Below, in pieces: positions 48,845-58,124 of a stretch of 64,000 nucleotides of DNA (positions are counted from its first letter, which is position 1; each line of letters opens with the position of its first letter). Where the stretch lies: positions 124,001 through 188,000 of IMG/VR virus record IMGVR_UViG_3300042519_004024. One strand, given 5' to 3'. A program made the position numbers and the translations under genes. The notes under the pieces were generated by a model. That model did not search any database. It was given only the letters and a program-made list of their open reading frames with translations, and was not told where the DNA came from.

Positions 48845-50683
48845 TTATGCGATTACGCCTTGTTGTTTTTTGTAAGAATTAAGATTATATAATACGGTAT
48901 CCATTATTTGTTTTTTAACTCTTGAGTCTTCAAACATTTTAGATATGTTATTTGCGGAATCTCCTCCAACAGTACCATTAATATTTATATTAATATCTAA
49001 TTTTCCTGATCCACCACCAACTTGATTTAAATAGTTTGATAAATTTGTTCCTACCGCAATTTGATCCTCAGGTAATGTTTTATACATTTCACCTCTACCT
49101 TTAATAATTGCAGCACCTGAAGAAGGGAAAAAACCATCTCCAACTTTTTTTCCTTCTTCCAATTCTTTTTTCTTCTTTTTTAACTCTTCTTTTCTATTTT
49201 CCATGTCCATTTCATCAGTAGCACTAATAACTTCCGCAATTTTAGAAGCACCTGTTGCCGCCGCTTGATTAAGCCCTCCAAGTCCTTCTGCGGTTACTGG
49301 TGCCGCTTTGTCGGCTGCGGTTTTGAATGAATTGCCTAAACTCTCATTACTTGTTTTTATATCTTCAAGAAATTTATCTCTATCGGGTATATTTCTTATA
49401 ACTGCCTCTTTAATAATATTAACATCTTTTGCTTGATTTTCAGTTATAGTCATTTGTGCAGTAGCTAAATCTTTCTCTGACATCGCTGCTTTGTCTTGAT
49501 AATCTTTTAATGCTTTTTGTGTGTCCGCATTTTGAAGTTGTGCCTTTAATTGTTCGGCACTATCCGCTTCTATTTTTTTAAACCCTGGAATATCAATAGA
49601 TACCTTTCCGTCTTTACCAATTTCTGCTAACCCAGCAACTAATGATTGTGTGTCTTCAGACATTGATCCTAAATCAAATTTATCTTTTAAATAATCCATT
49701 TTTGATGCTTCTTTTCCTGCTTCAAGTAATTCATCAAAATTTTGTCCTGTTATTTGTGCTTGTTGTCTAAGTCTATATAAATCTTCTGTTGATGCCTCAA
49801 ATCCTCCGGTAGCCTTATTAAAAGTAAATGCTGCTTTTGTTGAGTTTACAAGTTCTTTTTGAAGTCCTTCCATGTCACTCTGTGCCATGTGCATTAGTTG
49901 GAACGGGTCTGCTAATTTTCCAACCGCACCTCCTAACATTTGCATATTTGCTGCAGCTTCAATTGCCTTTTCGGGATCCAATAAATTATTCGCAAACTGT
50001 TTAGCACCTATTTTATCTACGGTAGTTCTTAATAACATAGCTTGTTTAACCATATTTTTCATACCGTCAATACCGGTTTTAAACCCAAAACCACTAACTG
50101 ACTTTACGTTTGATCCAATCTCTTTAAGATAACTTTTAGCACTTAATCCTGCCTGTCTAGCCTCAACCGATAATTCATGTATTTTTTTTGTTGCTTCTTC
50201 TTGAGTCCCCCCAAATCTAGTCATTTCTGTAATTAAAGTTGAGATTTCTTTTGTAGATGCTCCTGTTCCTTTTGACAACTCTACGATATTTTCTAAAACT
50301 TGTGTGCTTGGGTTAACAATTCTACCCATACCTTCAGCTAGTCCAGCAACAGCATCAGTTACGTCTTTAAATGATGAACCAAGTTCTAATGTTGCCTCAT
50401 ATGCGGTGTACATTCTTTCTCTAAAATTATTGGTTCCCATTGCAACTCCACCCATAGATCTTTGTAAAGACAATGCTTGATCATTCAAAGAAATCATTTC
50501 TTTGTTTGCATTCTCCAAAATGATTTTCCAATTGGTACTTACTACAAAATTTGTTAGGGCAGACTTTAAATCTTCTATTTGATCAATTGTTCCTTGAACA
50601 CTACTACCATATGCACTTGTAGAACCTCCTGCGGTAGAATTTGTACTTGCATTTGGATCTGTTGTTACACCTTCTAAAAACAT
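48845..50683 (-). CDS. Tail tape measure protein
   Basis: Ala/Gly/Met-rich helical 612-aa protein directly downstream of the tube and chaperone genes. Confidence 0.7.
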   Translation of the reverse strand: MFLEGVTTDPNASTNSTAGGSTSAYGSSVQGTIDQIEDLKSALTNFVVSTNWKIILENANKEMISLNDQALSLQRSMGGVAMGTNNFRERMYTAYEATLELGSSFKDVTDAVAGLAEGMGRIVNPSTQVLENIVELSKGTGASTKEISTLITEMTRFGGTQEEATKKIHELSVEARQAGLSAKSYLKEIGSNVKSVSGFGFKTGIDGMKNMVKQAMLLRTTVDKIGAKQFANNLLDPEKAIEAAANMQMLGGAVGKLADPFQLMHMAQSDMEGLQKELVNSTKAAFTFNKATGGFEASTEDLYRLRQQAQITGQNFDELLEAGKEASKMDYLKDKFDLGSMSEDTQSLVAGLAEIGKDGKVSIDIPGFKKIEADSAEQLKAQLQNADTQKALKDYQDKAAMSEKDLATAQMTITENQAKDVNIIKEAVIRNIPDRDKFLEDIKTSNESLGNSFKTAADKAAPVTAEGLGGLNQAAATGASKIAEVISATDEMDMENRKEELKKKKKELEEGKKVGDGFFPSSGAAIIKGRGEMYKTLPEDQIAVGTNLSNYLNQVGGGSGKLDINININGTVGGDSANNISKMFEDSRVKKQIMDTVLYNLNSYKKQQGVIA

Positions 50684-50698
50684 ATTTTTTATTTTCTA

Positions 50699-50706
50699 TA
50701 TAAATA
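50699..50706 (-). promoter_or_regulatory. TATTTATA putative late-promoter motif
   Basis: 15 nt upstream of the ATG at 50683. Confidence 0.55.
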
Positions 50707-50719
50707 GACAGTTATAATG

Positions 50720-50905
50720 TTATTTATTATAGCTTTCAATCAATTTATCTATGAAGTACCTTCTTTCAAATGTTGGCATTGTCATAATATCACTATACGT
50801 AAAATGACACTTACTTACTAAATAAAAAATTTCATCTAGTAATGACTGTTTATATTGAGAAGAAAGGACGAAAAAACTCAACCCCAAAAGCGATGTCAAC
50901 ATCAA
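50720..50905 (-). CDS. gp51-like baseplate hub/tail assembly chaperone segment; probably reached by frameshift from 50850..51608
   Basis: LLDEIFYL....FTYSDIMTMPTFERRYFI; 56-nt overlap with the upstream gene across a T6 run. Confidence 0.65.
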   Translation of the reverse strand: MMLTSLLGLSFFVLSSQYKQSLLDEIFYLVSKCHFTYSDIMTMPTFERRYFIDKLIESYNK

Positions 50906-51608
50906 CTCTTTCTCCAGACGGGGCTATAATACTTCTTTTAAGATTTATTGATGGTTCAGCTTCGTTTAAAAATTTTCTTAGATTTTTAGAGTCTGATATT
51001 GGCATTTGATTAACAAATGATGCTATTTTCATTCTATCGGTATCACCATTTAATTCAACAATATGTTTTTCTAATCTTTTAGTCACTATTGGTGCAACCA
51101 TACCTTGTGGATACGAATCTTTTAATTTATCAATTTCATTAGTATCACCTAAAGTTAAAAGTTTACATTTAACTGTTGTTTTAGAAACCGGCAATACAAA
51201 CTCAAATAATCCATTATCGTTAGGTTTATGGATTACTTCAGTAAAATTTATTTCATCTAATTTTAGATTATATTCAAATTTTCTATTTGTTTGTGGGTCT
51301 ATTGCAGATATTAAATAATCTGAACCAAAAGAAGTGTTTCTTAAAAACAATAATATTGCTTTAGCATCCGCATCTATTAATTGGTTCACGTCGAACCCCG
51401 GTTCATAGATTTTGTTTTTTAATAAAGTAGTGATTAATCCATCAATTGGTATATTTTGTGACATTAAAAGATTCTCGTCTGATGCGGTTAAATAACCAAC
51501 TTTTACTGACTCTTTTCTTGGTTTATAAAATATTCCTTTTGAAGGTAACTTGACTACGTCGTGTGGTAAGTTAAAATCTTGTTGTCCATAAATTGCTGAT
51601 TGATCCAT
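50850..51608 (-). CDS. gp26-like baseplate hub assembly/tail assembly chaperone
   Basis: VVKLPSKGIFY, YLTASDENLL, LRNTSFGSDY, ends FGVEFFRPFF; located between tube and tape measure. Confidence 0.75.
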   Translation of the reverse strand: MDQSAIYGQQDFNLPHDVVKLPSKGIFYKPRKESVKVGYLTASDENLLMSQNIPIDGLITTLLKNKIYEPGFDVNQLIDADAKAILLFLRNTSFGSDYLISAIDPQTNRKFEYNLKLDEINFTEVIHKPNDNGLFEFVLPVSKTTVKCKLLTLGDTNEIDKLKDSYPQGMVAPIVTKRLEKHIVELNGDTDRMKIASFVNQMPISDSKNLRKFLNEAEPSINLKRSIIAPSGERVDVDIAFGVEFFRPFFSI

Positions 51609-51653
51609 AATAAATTTTTCTTAAAAAATAAAGGATAAATATTGTATGTAAAC

Positions 51654-51681
51654 AAAAAAACCCCACTTTGTTAGTGAGGTT
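51654..51681 (-). terminator. Rho-independent terminator after the tail tube gene
   Basis: AACCTCACT-AACAA-AGTGGGGTT followed by a T-run. Confidence 0.7.
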
Positions 51682-51705
51682 CTTAAAATTATTTTTATAT
51701 TTGTA

Positions 51706-52194
51706 TTAGTAAACTAAAATACATCTATCAGGTCTAAGAGATGCTTTAACCGTGATTAATCCATCTTCACTATATCCTAATGAATCAAAGTCAACACTAG
51801 TTAAAAATACACCTTGTAGAATCCATTTTTCAACCGCAACTCCTGTTGGGTCTAACATTTCTAAGTCAATATCTTTTTTATAACCAGCAGCATAACCCAT
51901 ACGTCCTGTTACTGATTCAGCATGTAAACGAACCCACTCCATAAGTGCTTGTGAAGCTGAAGGACCGATTGGATCACGAAAAGTAACATCCATAGCCTCC
52001 CAATTGAATCGTCCTGCAACATATGTAGAAGTGTTTAAGAATGGAATCTCAACATCTTTAATTGTAACTTTAGGTCTTGTGGTTGACTCAACATACCACG
52101 AGTTAATCCCCAAAGAAGATGGGAATGTCAATATAAACCTATTTTTTCTTTTAGGTTCGTACTGAAAGGGCATTTTCATTAATAAATCAGCCAT
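51706..52194 (-). CDS. Tail tube protein (T4 gp19-like)
   Basis: EPKRKNRF, RPKV, YVAGRFNWEAMDVTFRDP, YKKDI.LEMLDPTG..VEKW.L.G. Confidence 0.9.
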   Translation of the reverse strand: MADLLMKMPFQYEPKRKNRFILTFPSSLGINSWYVESTTRPKVTIKDVEIPFLNTSTYVAGRFNWEAMDVTFRDPIGPSASQALMEWVRLHAESVTGRMGYAAGYKKDIDLEMLDPTGVAVEKWILQGVFLTSVDFDSLGYSEDGLITVKASLRPDRCILVY

Positions 52195-52224
52195 GTCTTA
52201 TTTTTTTAATTTGTTTTATTTATT

Positions 52225-52232
52225 TATAAATA
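52225..52232 (-). promoter_or_regulatory. TATTTATA putative late-promoter motif
   Basis: 30 nt upstream of the tube ATG at 52194. Confidence 0.55.
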
Positions 52233-52306
52233 TCTATTGTTTTATTTTTTTTCTATTTACTTTTTTCTGGTTTAAAATTATCCTTCTACTAGACCGGACT
52301 TAATTA

Positions 52307-53182
52307 TTAAACTTCTTTTTTTTCTCCTCCTTTAGTTAAATATAATCTTATAGGTTTTTTTTCATATTCTTTTTCTACAAAATCTTTAATCTTTTCCATA
52401 TTTCTAGGGTCATCATCTGAAAAACCAATAATTGGGATTATTTCTTGGTTGATAACATCATTTTTAAAATAACTCTTCTTTCCAATTTCATTAGCCAACT
52501 CTATACAATATGAAACAAATTTTCTAATTGCAATTATTTTACCTTCTTCGGGACTCGCAGCACTACCCTTACCAAAAGTAACAGGTTCAAAACGACATAA
52601 ATCAAGATACTCCATTATTATGTCTTTATCATTAAAATTTAAATTAACCGATTCATCAATTGGGTTATCTGCCCAATTTCTATATGTCTTTAAAGAATTA
52701 ACGACTTCTTTACTATTAATACCATTATGATTGGATAGTATATAATTAAGGACAGCTTCTTTTAATGTTTCAGGATTATGTCCCCTTGCTGTGATAATTG
52801 CAAATACAGAACCACCATTTATACACTCAACAAAATCATTCCAAGAAGGTCCTGGACTTGCCGACATTGCATCAATAATAAATCTCTTATCCCCTTTAAT
52901 ACCAAAATTTCTAAAAGGATCAGTTGCATAACCAACAACAGTTGTACCTTTATATGAAAAAGGTTCCTCACCTATTTGGTGTCTATGTTCCGCAAAATCT
53001 TCGGTAGACATAGGGATTTCTTCTTCATTTTCTGTCATTAAAATGATTGTAGTTGGCATAAAAACGATGTTGTCGTCCCAGTCAAAACCATAATATTTAG
53101 AATCGGGAGTACCTTCGGCGGTTATCCCCTCATTAATATTTCTACGGTTAACATAGTTTAATACATGTTTTTTAATATCCAT
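52307..53182 (-). CDS. HAD-superfamily-like hydrolase/phosphatase
   Basis: Motif I FDWDDNI, motif II IITARGH, motif IV IGFSDDDPRN. Confidence 0.6.
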   Translation of the reverse strand: MDIKKHVLNYVNRRNINEGITAEGTPDSKYYGFDWDDNIVFMPTTIILMTENEEEIPMSTEDFAEHRHQIGEEPFSYKGTTVVGYATDPFRNFGIKGDKRFIIDAMSASPGPSWNDFVECINGGSVFAIITARGHNPETLKEAVLNYILSNHNGINSKEVVNSLKTYRNWADNPIDESVNLNFNDKDIIMEYLDLCRFEPVTFGKGSAASPEEGKIIAIRKFVSYCIELANEIGKKSYFKNDVINQEIIPIIGFSDDDPRNMEKIKDFVEKEYEKKPIRLYLTKGGEKKEV

Positions 53183-53319
53183 TATTTTTGAAGTTTTGAC
53201 AAAAGTTTTTCAAGTTGTTTTTCGGTGATTATTATATTTTGTTTTTTAACCGAAAATGTTTTAGGACTTTTTTGATTGTCTCCAATAGATTCTTTAATAA
53301 GTTTTTTCTCTATTTTCAT
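53182..53319 (-). CDS. 45-aa basic peptide (not in the ORF track)
   Basis: MKIEKKLIKESIGDNQKSPKTFSVKKQNIIITEKQLEKLLSKLQK; TAATG overlap with the HAD gene; own TATTTATA motif. Confidence 0.65.
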   Translation of the reverse strand: MKIEKKLIKESIGDNQKSPKTFSVKKQNIIITEKQLEKLLSKLQK

Positions 53320-53332
53320 AATTATTTTATTT

Positions 53333-53340
53333 TATAAATA
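53333..53340 (-). promoter_or_regulatory. TATTTATA putative late-promoter motif
   Basis: 13 nt upstream of the ATG at 53319. Confidence 0.55.
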
Positions 53341-53344
53341 TTAA

Positions 53345-53368
53345 GTGGGGAATATTTCTACTCCCCAC
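53345..53368 (-). terminator. Hairpin terminator after the tail sheath gene
   Basis: GTGGGGAGTA-GAAA-TATTCCCCAC; T-rich on both sides. Confidence 0.65.
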
Positions 53369-53383
53369 ATTTTTATTTTTTAA

Positions 53384-56300
53384 TTATACATCATCAAAAG
53401 ATGCTCCTGTTGGTGTAATAACGAATTCGATATCAATGTATTCTAATGCTCTTGTAGGTTTTAAGAAAATTTTACCTGTTAAAGTATTTGAATCCAAATC
53501 TTCAGGAGTGTTTGATACTGTCACACGGAAATCTATCAAACCTCTATCTCTTCTGATTCCATCTAATATTGGGTTAACTGAATCCAAGAAGTCTTGTCTT
53601 ACTTTGTTATCGTTTTGTTCGAATAGTAATCTAATAGCCACTGCTGAAATCAACTTACGTGCTTGTAGTAACAATCTTCTAACGTTAATTCTATCAAGTG
53701 CAGACTCTCTAATTTGTAAAGTTTTGTTACCCCAAATCACTGTACCAACATCAGAGAAAGTTGCGATTGGGTTAATTCTACCTTTATAAAGTGTGTCTCT
53801 ATCGTCTTGTGTCAATTTACGTCTTGCTCTAATTGCGTTTACCAAACCTCTTGTGTAACCTGCAGATGCGAACCAAGGGAATGCGATATTGTCTGTCAAA
53901 GCTAAGTTCTTAACAACTTCAGAAGTTGGTGGAATGTATATTTGTGTATTGTTAACCGAATCTCTTGTTAAAATCCAAGGGTAATAAGTGGCGGTATAGT
54001 TAGAGTCTATTCCTGTTGCTTCTAAGTTATCTACCGTCTGTTGAGGGAAAATTAACCCTTCCTCAATATCGTTATATGTTGGTAAAAACAAATCAAAGTC
54101 AGGTGTAGTACAGATATAAATAGAGTCCGCTCTATCAGTTTCAATCATATCAATAGCGTCCTCAACAAGATTTGAGTTATTAACATAATCAATACCAGGT
54201 GTTGCAAATACATTTATGTTTGTTGCTTCAGGGTTAGCAAAAGTACTTTGTCCCCATTTGTATGCGTAAAAGTCAGTATTTGCCCAATTTTCTTGGTTTG
54301 GTCCTGAAATCGCTTTAAATGCTCCCCAACCCGTTGCGGTAGGATAAGTTATACTTGCTTCTGCACCATATTTAAATCCTGTTTGTCCTAATGCGAATGA
54401 ATCTGAATTTGTTCTATATTCTCTATATATGTCCCATCCATCAAAACCACCATAAGCCATTACCGTAAATTTACGAGTATTAAGTCTATAATATGGACTT
54501 GAACTATCTGTAGGTTCAGAGTTAAATGACCCGGCACCTACTTCAAACGCCGACTGTCCTGATGTTACATAACCATTTGCGATTGTTACAACAGTTGCTC
54601 CGCTATCCATGTGGAAACCTTTTGTTAAATAACCCCAAGCCATACCTGTGGTATCAGTACCTAAATTTGCAGGTAACTGCTTTCCTTTGTATTCAAAGAA
54701 ATCGTAATCAATTCCTGATATATTAGAAATACCTAAGTATGCCTTTCTTGGATTTTCACCACTTGAAATAACAGGGTTGTCACCTCCGTTAGATGAACCA
54801 AAAGGTGGGTTATACACAACGTCACCAGGTTTGAAATATTTAGTTTTATATACTAAGAATGGTGGTGTTGCATTTGCGTATTCTCTTGAGATAAATCCTT
54901 CAAAACCACAAGGTAGTGCGTCTATCGGGGCTTCATCACTCATTTCTAACATTACGTATTTAGACTTAACTTGGTATTCTCCGTTTGATGTTCCTATCTT
55001 ATTTGCTACGTAATTATTTTGACTTGGGTCTAATGAACAATTAGTGAAACTTTCAATAACTCTTGGGTTTTGATCGGTATCATAAAAATCTCTAATAAAT
55101 ACGTCAAACGTACTACTATTAAATGATATATTACCTATAGACATTTTTACAAGTCTATTAGCTGCGTTACCGTCAGAAATTAAAACAAACTTAAATAATT
55201 TATAAACTTTATTACCTCTAAGTTCTGAAACTAAATACGGTGTTTCAGGTGTTTGATATTGTTCTAAATAGAAACCTATTGAGTCGGTATCTAATGATCT
55301 CGCTCCTGGTAATTCGATAATATCACAGTCTAATCCTCTAATTCTACCTAATCTATATCCACTTGTTAACAAACTAGTATACGTCTCCTCGACAAATAAA
55401 GGAACCTCATTTCTGTCTTTACCAAAATTACTTCTACCAAATACTTTAGAAATAAAGTTCTTATCAGTAGATAACATTGATGTTTGGAATTCAAAATTGT
55501 CCCCGTCATAGGTTACCCCTGAAATAAGGAATGGTGAGTATGGGTTTTTAGTAACCGCAGAATAAGAACCTGTACAAATCATTTGTACATCAGTTGTACC
55601 CGTTACTTCATAATTCGGTCCTGCTTGTGTTGCACTGTAGTTAGATATACCTCTTGATCTTAAAGTTGCAACAACTAAATCATCATAATCTAAATAAGGC
55701 GTACCTGAATAGTTTGTGTTGTAAAAAACACAAGAACCTGAGAAATTACCTCCTGATCCCGATAGTGTGTTTACCGCGGCACCAAAACCTTGTCCGTAAT
55801 AACTACTTACATCGTTTACTTGTGAGTAATTAAACAATGCGTAATACCAAGCATCGTTAGTAGATGCTGATAAGTTAGCCAAAGATAGATTAACATTATT
55901 AACCCCAAAGTTTTCAGTGTATGCAGTAATAGTACCCGTACCATTAAGTGTTGTACCCGTTACTAAGTTAAATGTTCCTGCACTAACAGTACCCCAAAAG
56001 ACTGCCGATGAACCTGAAGAAGGTGAGCCAACGGCAAATAAATTTACTTGGTTTGATATATAAGTTCTTAAATCTTGATCAATAGTTGATGTACCACCAT
56101 TAAATTCAGTATATGTATTATAAAAATTATTATTTACATTAATAATACCAGGGACTGACATATTATATGCAATATTTGAACTTGTTCCTGTTGTTCCTGT
56201 AAATGTTAATACTGTGGATGATACTCCTGTTGCTGCGATTGTTGCCGGATTAACGTTACCTATTGTCGTTATTGACCAAGAAGGTCCTGCGTCATATCCT

Positions 56301-56599
56301 GATAAACCAAGAACTCTTGTAACAAATAATTGATTCGATTGTTGCAAATATGCCTTTGTAATATACGCTAATTCATATTTAGGTATTTGTGTATTAACAA
56401 ATTTTTCAGGACTAGTTCCTCCAAAATATACTTGGAACTCGTCAAAATTAGTTATGAATATTGGTTCAAACGCCGGACCCTGAAGAGTTTCTCCAGCCAA
56501 ACCTAAAGTTGTTACACCTACACTTTGTGCAACAAAAGTTAAATCTCTTTCTGACGTATAAACCCCAGGTGAAACGAAAACTTTGTTTGATGATGCCAT
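53384..56599 (-). CDS. Tail sheath protein (T4 gp18-like) with large insertion domains
   Basis: SPGVYTSERDLT, LFVTRV, WFASAGYTRG, RINPI, WGNKTLQ, RINVRRL, PTRALEYIDIEF. Confidence 0.95.
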   Translation of the reverse strand: MASSNKVFVSPGVYTSERDLTFVAQSVGVTTLGLAGETLQGPAFEPIFITNFDEFQVYFGGTSPEKFVNTQIPKYELAYITKAYLQQSNQLFVTRVLGLSGYDAGPSWSITTIGNVNPATIAATGVSSTVLTFTGTTGTSSNIAYNMSVPGIINVNNNFYNTYTEFNGGTSTIDQDLRTYISNQVNLFAVGSPSSGSSAVFWGTVSAGTFNLVTGTTLNGTGTITAYTENFGVNNVNLSLANLSASTNDAWYYALFNYSQVNDVSSYYGQGFGAAVNTLSGSGGNFSGSCVFYNTNYSGTPYLDYDDLVVATLRSRGISNYSATQAGPNYEVTGTTDVQMICTGSYSAVTKNPYSPFLISGVTYDGDNFEFQTSMLSTDKNFISKVFGRSNFGKDRNEVPLFVEETYTSLLTSGYRLGRIRGLDCDIIELPGARSLDTDSIGFYLEQYQTPETPYLVSELRGNKVYKLFKFVLISDGNAANRLVKMSIGNISFNSSTFDVFIRDFYDTDQNPRVIESFTNCSLDPSQNNYVANKIGTSNGEYQVKSKYVMLEMSDEAPIDALPCGFEGFISREYANATPPFLVYKTKYFKPGDVVYNPPFGSSNGGDNPVISSGENPRKAYLGISNISGIDYDFFEYKGKQLPANLGTDTTGMAWGYLTKGFHMDSGATVVTIANGYVTSGQSAFEVGAGSFNSEPTDSSSPYYRLNTRKFTVMAYGGFDGWDIYREYRTNSDSFALGQTGFKYGAEASITYPTATGWGAFKAISGPNQENWANTDFYAYKWGQSTFANPEATNINVFATPGIDYVNNSNLVEDAIDMIETDRADSIYICTTPDFDLFLPTYNDIEEGLIFPQQTVDNLEATGIDSNYTATYYPWILTRDSVNNTQIYIPPTSEVVKNLALTDNIAFPWFASAGYTRGLVNAIRARRKLTQDDRDTLYKGRINPIATFSDVGTVIWGNKTLQIRESALDRINVRRLLLQARKLISAVAIRLLFEQNDNKVRQDFLDSVNPILDGIRRDRGLIDFRVTVSNTPEDLDSNTLTGKIFLKPTRALEYIDIEFVITPTGASFDDV

Positions 56600-56637
56600 T
56601 TTTTTCTGTATTTTTTATTTATGGTTTTATTTTTTTA

Positions 56638-56645
56638 TATAAATA
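56638..56645 (-). promoter_or_regulatory. TATTTATA putative late-promoter motif
   Basis: 38 nt upstream of the sheath ATG at 56599. Confidence 0.55.
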
Positions 56646-56687
56646 CCTTGAAAAAAACCAAAAAACTTTACATTTAAATAATATTTA

Positions 56688-56730
56688 TTATGTGGTGAGA
56701 AAAAATTCTGCCTTTTTTCTACCCACATAA
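56688..56730. promoter_or_regulatory. Imperfect 18-bp inverted repeat (candidate operator or 5'-UTR hairpin)
   Basis: TTATGTGGTGAGAAAAAA-7 nt-TTTTTTCTACCCACATAA, 16/18 paired, directly before the ATG at 56741. Confidence 0.55.
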
Positions 56731-56740
56731 TTTATTAAAA

Positions 56741-56896
56741 ATGAAAAAGATAAAAAACATAAAAATATCAGTAGAAACACACCAAATCCTAAAAAACTAT
56801 TGTGATGACAATAATTTAAAGATGTATAAATTTTTAGAATCTTTAATTAAAAAAAATTGTGAAAAGAAAAAGGATATATATGGTGATGCTATTTAA
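56741..56896 (+). CDS. Ribbon-helix-helix-like DNA-binding protein, 51 aa (not in the ORF track)
   Basis: MKKIKNIKISVETHQILKNYCDDNNLKMYKFLESLIKKNC...: alternating beta-strand KNIKIS followed by two amphipathic helices; A-rich start context. Confidence 0.65.
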   Translation: MKKIKNIKISVETHQILKNYCDDNNLKMYKFLESLIKKNCEKKKDIYGDAI

Positions 56897-58122
56897 ACTA
56901 AGTACGCTACCGTTTTTATTGATGATGTTTTTGTGATATCATCTTTATACGCCTGTATTAATAATGTATCCCCATCATTAATTTGTATCACATCTAAGTC
57001 ATCACCAACATAGTTACCATTGATATAAACTGAGTACCCCGATGCGCATGACGAACCTTGAGTTAATGTTCCTCCAGTAACGCCACTAAAATTAGGTACT
57101 GTTCCTCCTTTAACACATATTGTGTTTGAGTTTCCTGAGTTTAAAGATAATGTTATTGTATTTCCTGAACAATTGGTGTATGTTAAATTAGTATTTGTTA
57201 TTGCACTATATGTTGTGTTATAACAATTAATTAAATTTTCTTGTCCTGTAACTTTTAAATCTGCAGTGTATCTAAATACTTCACTTAACTGAGTTACACC
57301 ACTTAAAAAAGTGATGTCCAAGTCAAAAAAGTTAGGTTTTGGTGGATTATTAATTACTTTTTTACCTCTTACTTTAGTGTCTACTTCAAACATAGTCACT
57401 TGTCTTGAAATTGCGGGTGATATTTGGAACTCTTCTTCATCAATTAATAATCCTTTCATTGTGAATTTATAATTCGCTATATAGTATTTTCTTTTTTCTA
57501 AGTCTTTAGCCGATTCATCCGAAACGTCATCTAATATAATTGGTATGTAATGTCCTTTAATTTGTTGGTACGCCTGTTTCGATGTGAATGTTTGCATAAC
57601 AATTTTATTAAATTGATTGATTTCTCTCATTCTATTACAGAACAATTTAACGTTATAAGTTATGTCAACGGGAATTGGTTGTGGTATTTTATAAACATCA
57701 GCCCCCTTTCTTTGTCCATCCCAAGTGGGTACGGTATAGTAAAAAAACTGTCTTCTATTTGGTATGTTAGCCGCTCCACCTTGGAATGTCCCATATTTTA
57801 CTTCGGGCATTCTTACTGTAGCAATAAACGGTAAAGAAATGTTTTTATCTAAATCTTGAAAATTCCAAGTCTCAACAAATTGACTCCAATTCTGATTGGT
57901 TATTATCTTATCAATTGTTGGAACATTTTTTTCACTAACAACTAGCTTTAATCTATCCTTTACAAAGTCTATCATTCCAAGATCCAAATCTTCATGTAAA
58001 ACTCCTTTAGGTAAAAAAGTGCCGTCATCGGTAATATCATCAAGCATTTGTTGTCTTCTTTCCCTACCAACTTTTTCAGGAATTAAAGGTAAATGTTTTT
58101 TTATTTTTTTTGGTAACGCCAT
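56893..58122 (-). CDS. Tail terminator/sheath stabiliser (T4 gp15/gp3-like) with a Cys-rich C-terminal insertion
   Basis: PQPIPVDITYNVKLFCNRMREINQFNKIVMQTF...KGHYIPIILDDVSDES; located between the neck and sheath genes. Confidence 0.55.
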   Translation of the reverse strand: MALPKKIKKHLPLIPEKVGRERRQQMLDDITDDGTFLPKGVLHEDLDLGMIDFVKDRLKLVVSEKNVPTIDKIITNQNWSQFVETWNFQDLDKNISLPFIATVRMPEVKYGTFQGGAANIPNRRQFFYYTVPTWDGQRKGADVYKIPQPIPVDITYNVKLFCNRMREINQFNKIVMQTFTSKQAYQQIKGHYIPIILDDVSDESAKDLEKRKYYIANYKFTMKGLLIDEEEFQISPAISRQVTMFEVDTKVRGKKVINNPPKPNFFDLDITFLSGVTQLSEVFRYTADLKVTGQENLINCYNTTYSAITNTNLTYTNCSGNTITLSLNSGNSNTICVKGGTVPNFSGVTGGTLTQGSSCASGYSVYINGNYVGDDLDVIQINDGDTLLIQAYKDDITKTSSIKTVAYLV

Positions 58123-58124
58123 TA

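Noticed and set aside
52256-52284. Plus-strand TTTACT-N17-TATCCT promoter-like element antisense to the HAD gene
   Set aside because: Weak match in very T-rich DNA with no downstream ORF or recognisable RNA structure; cannot be distinguished from chance.
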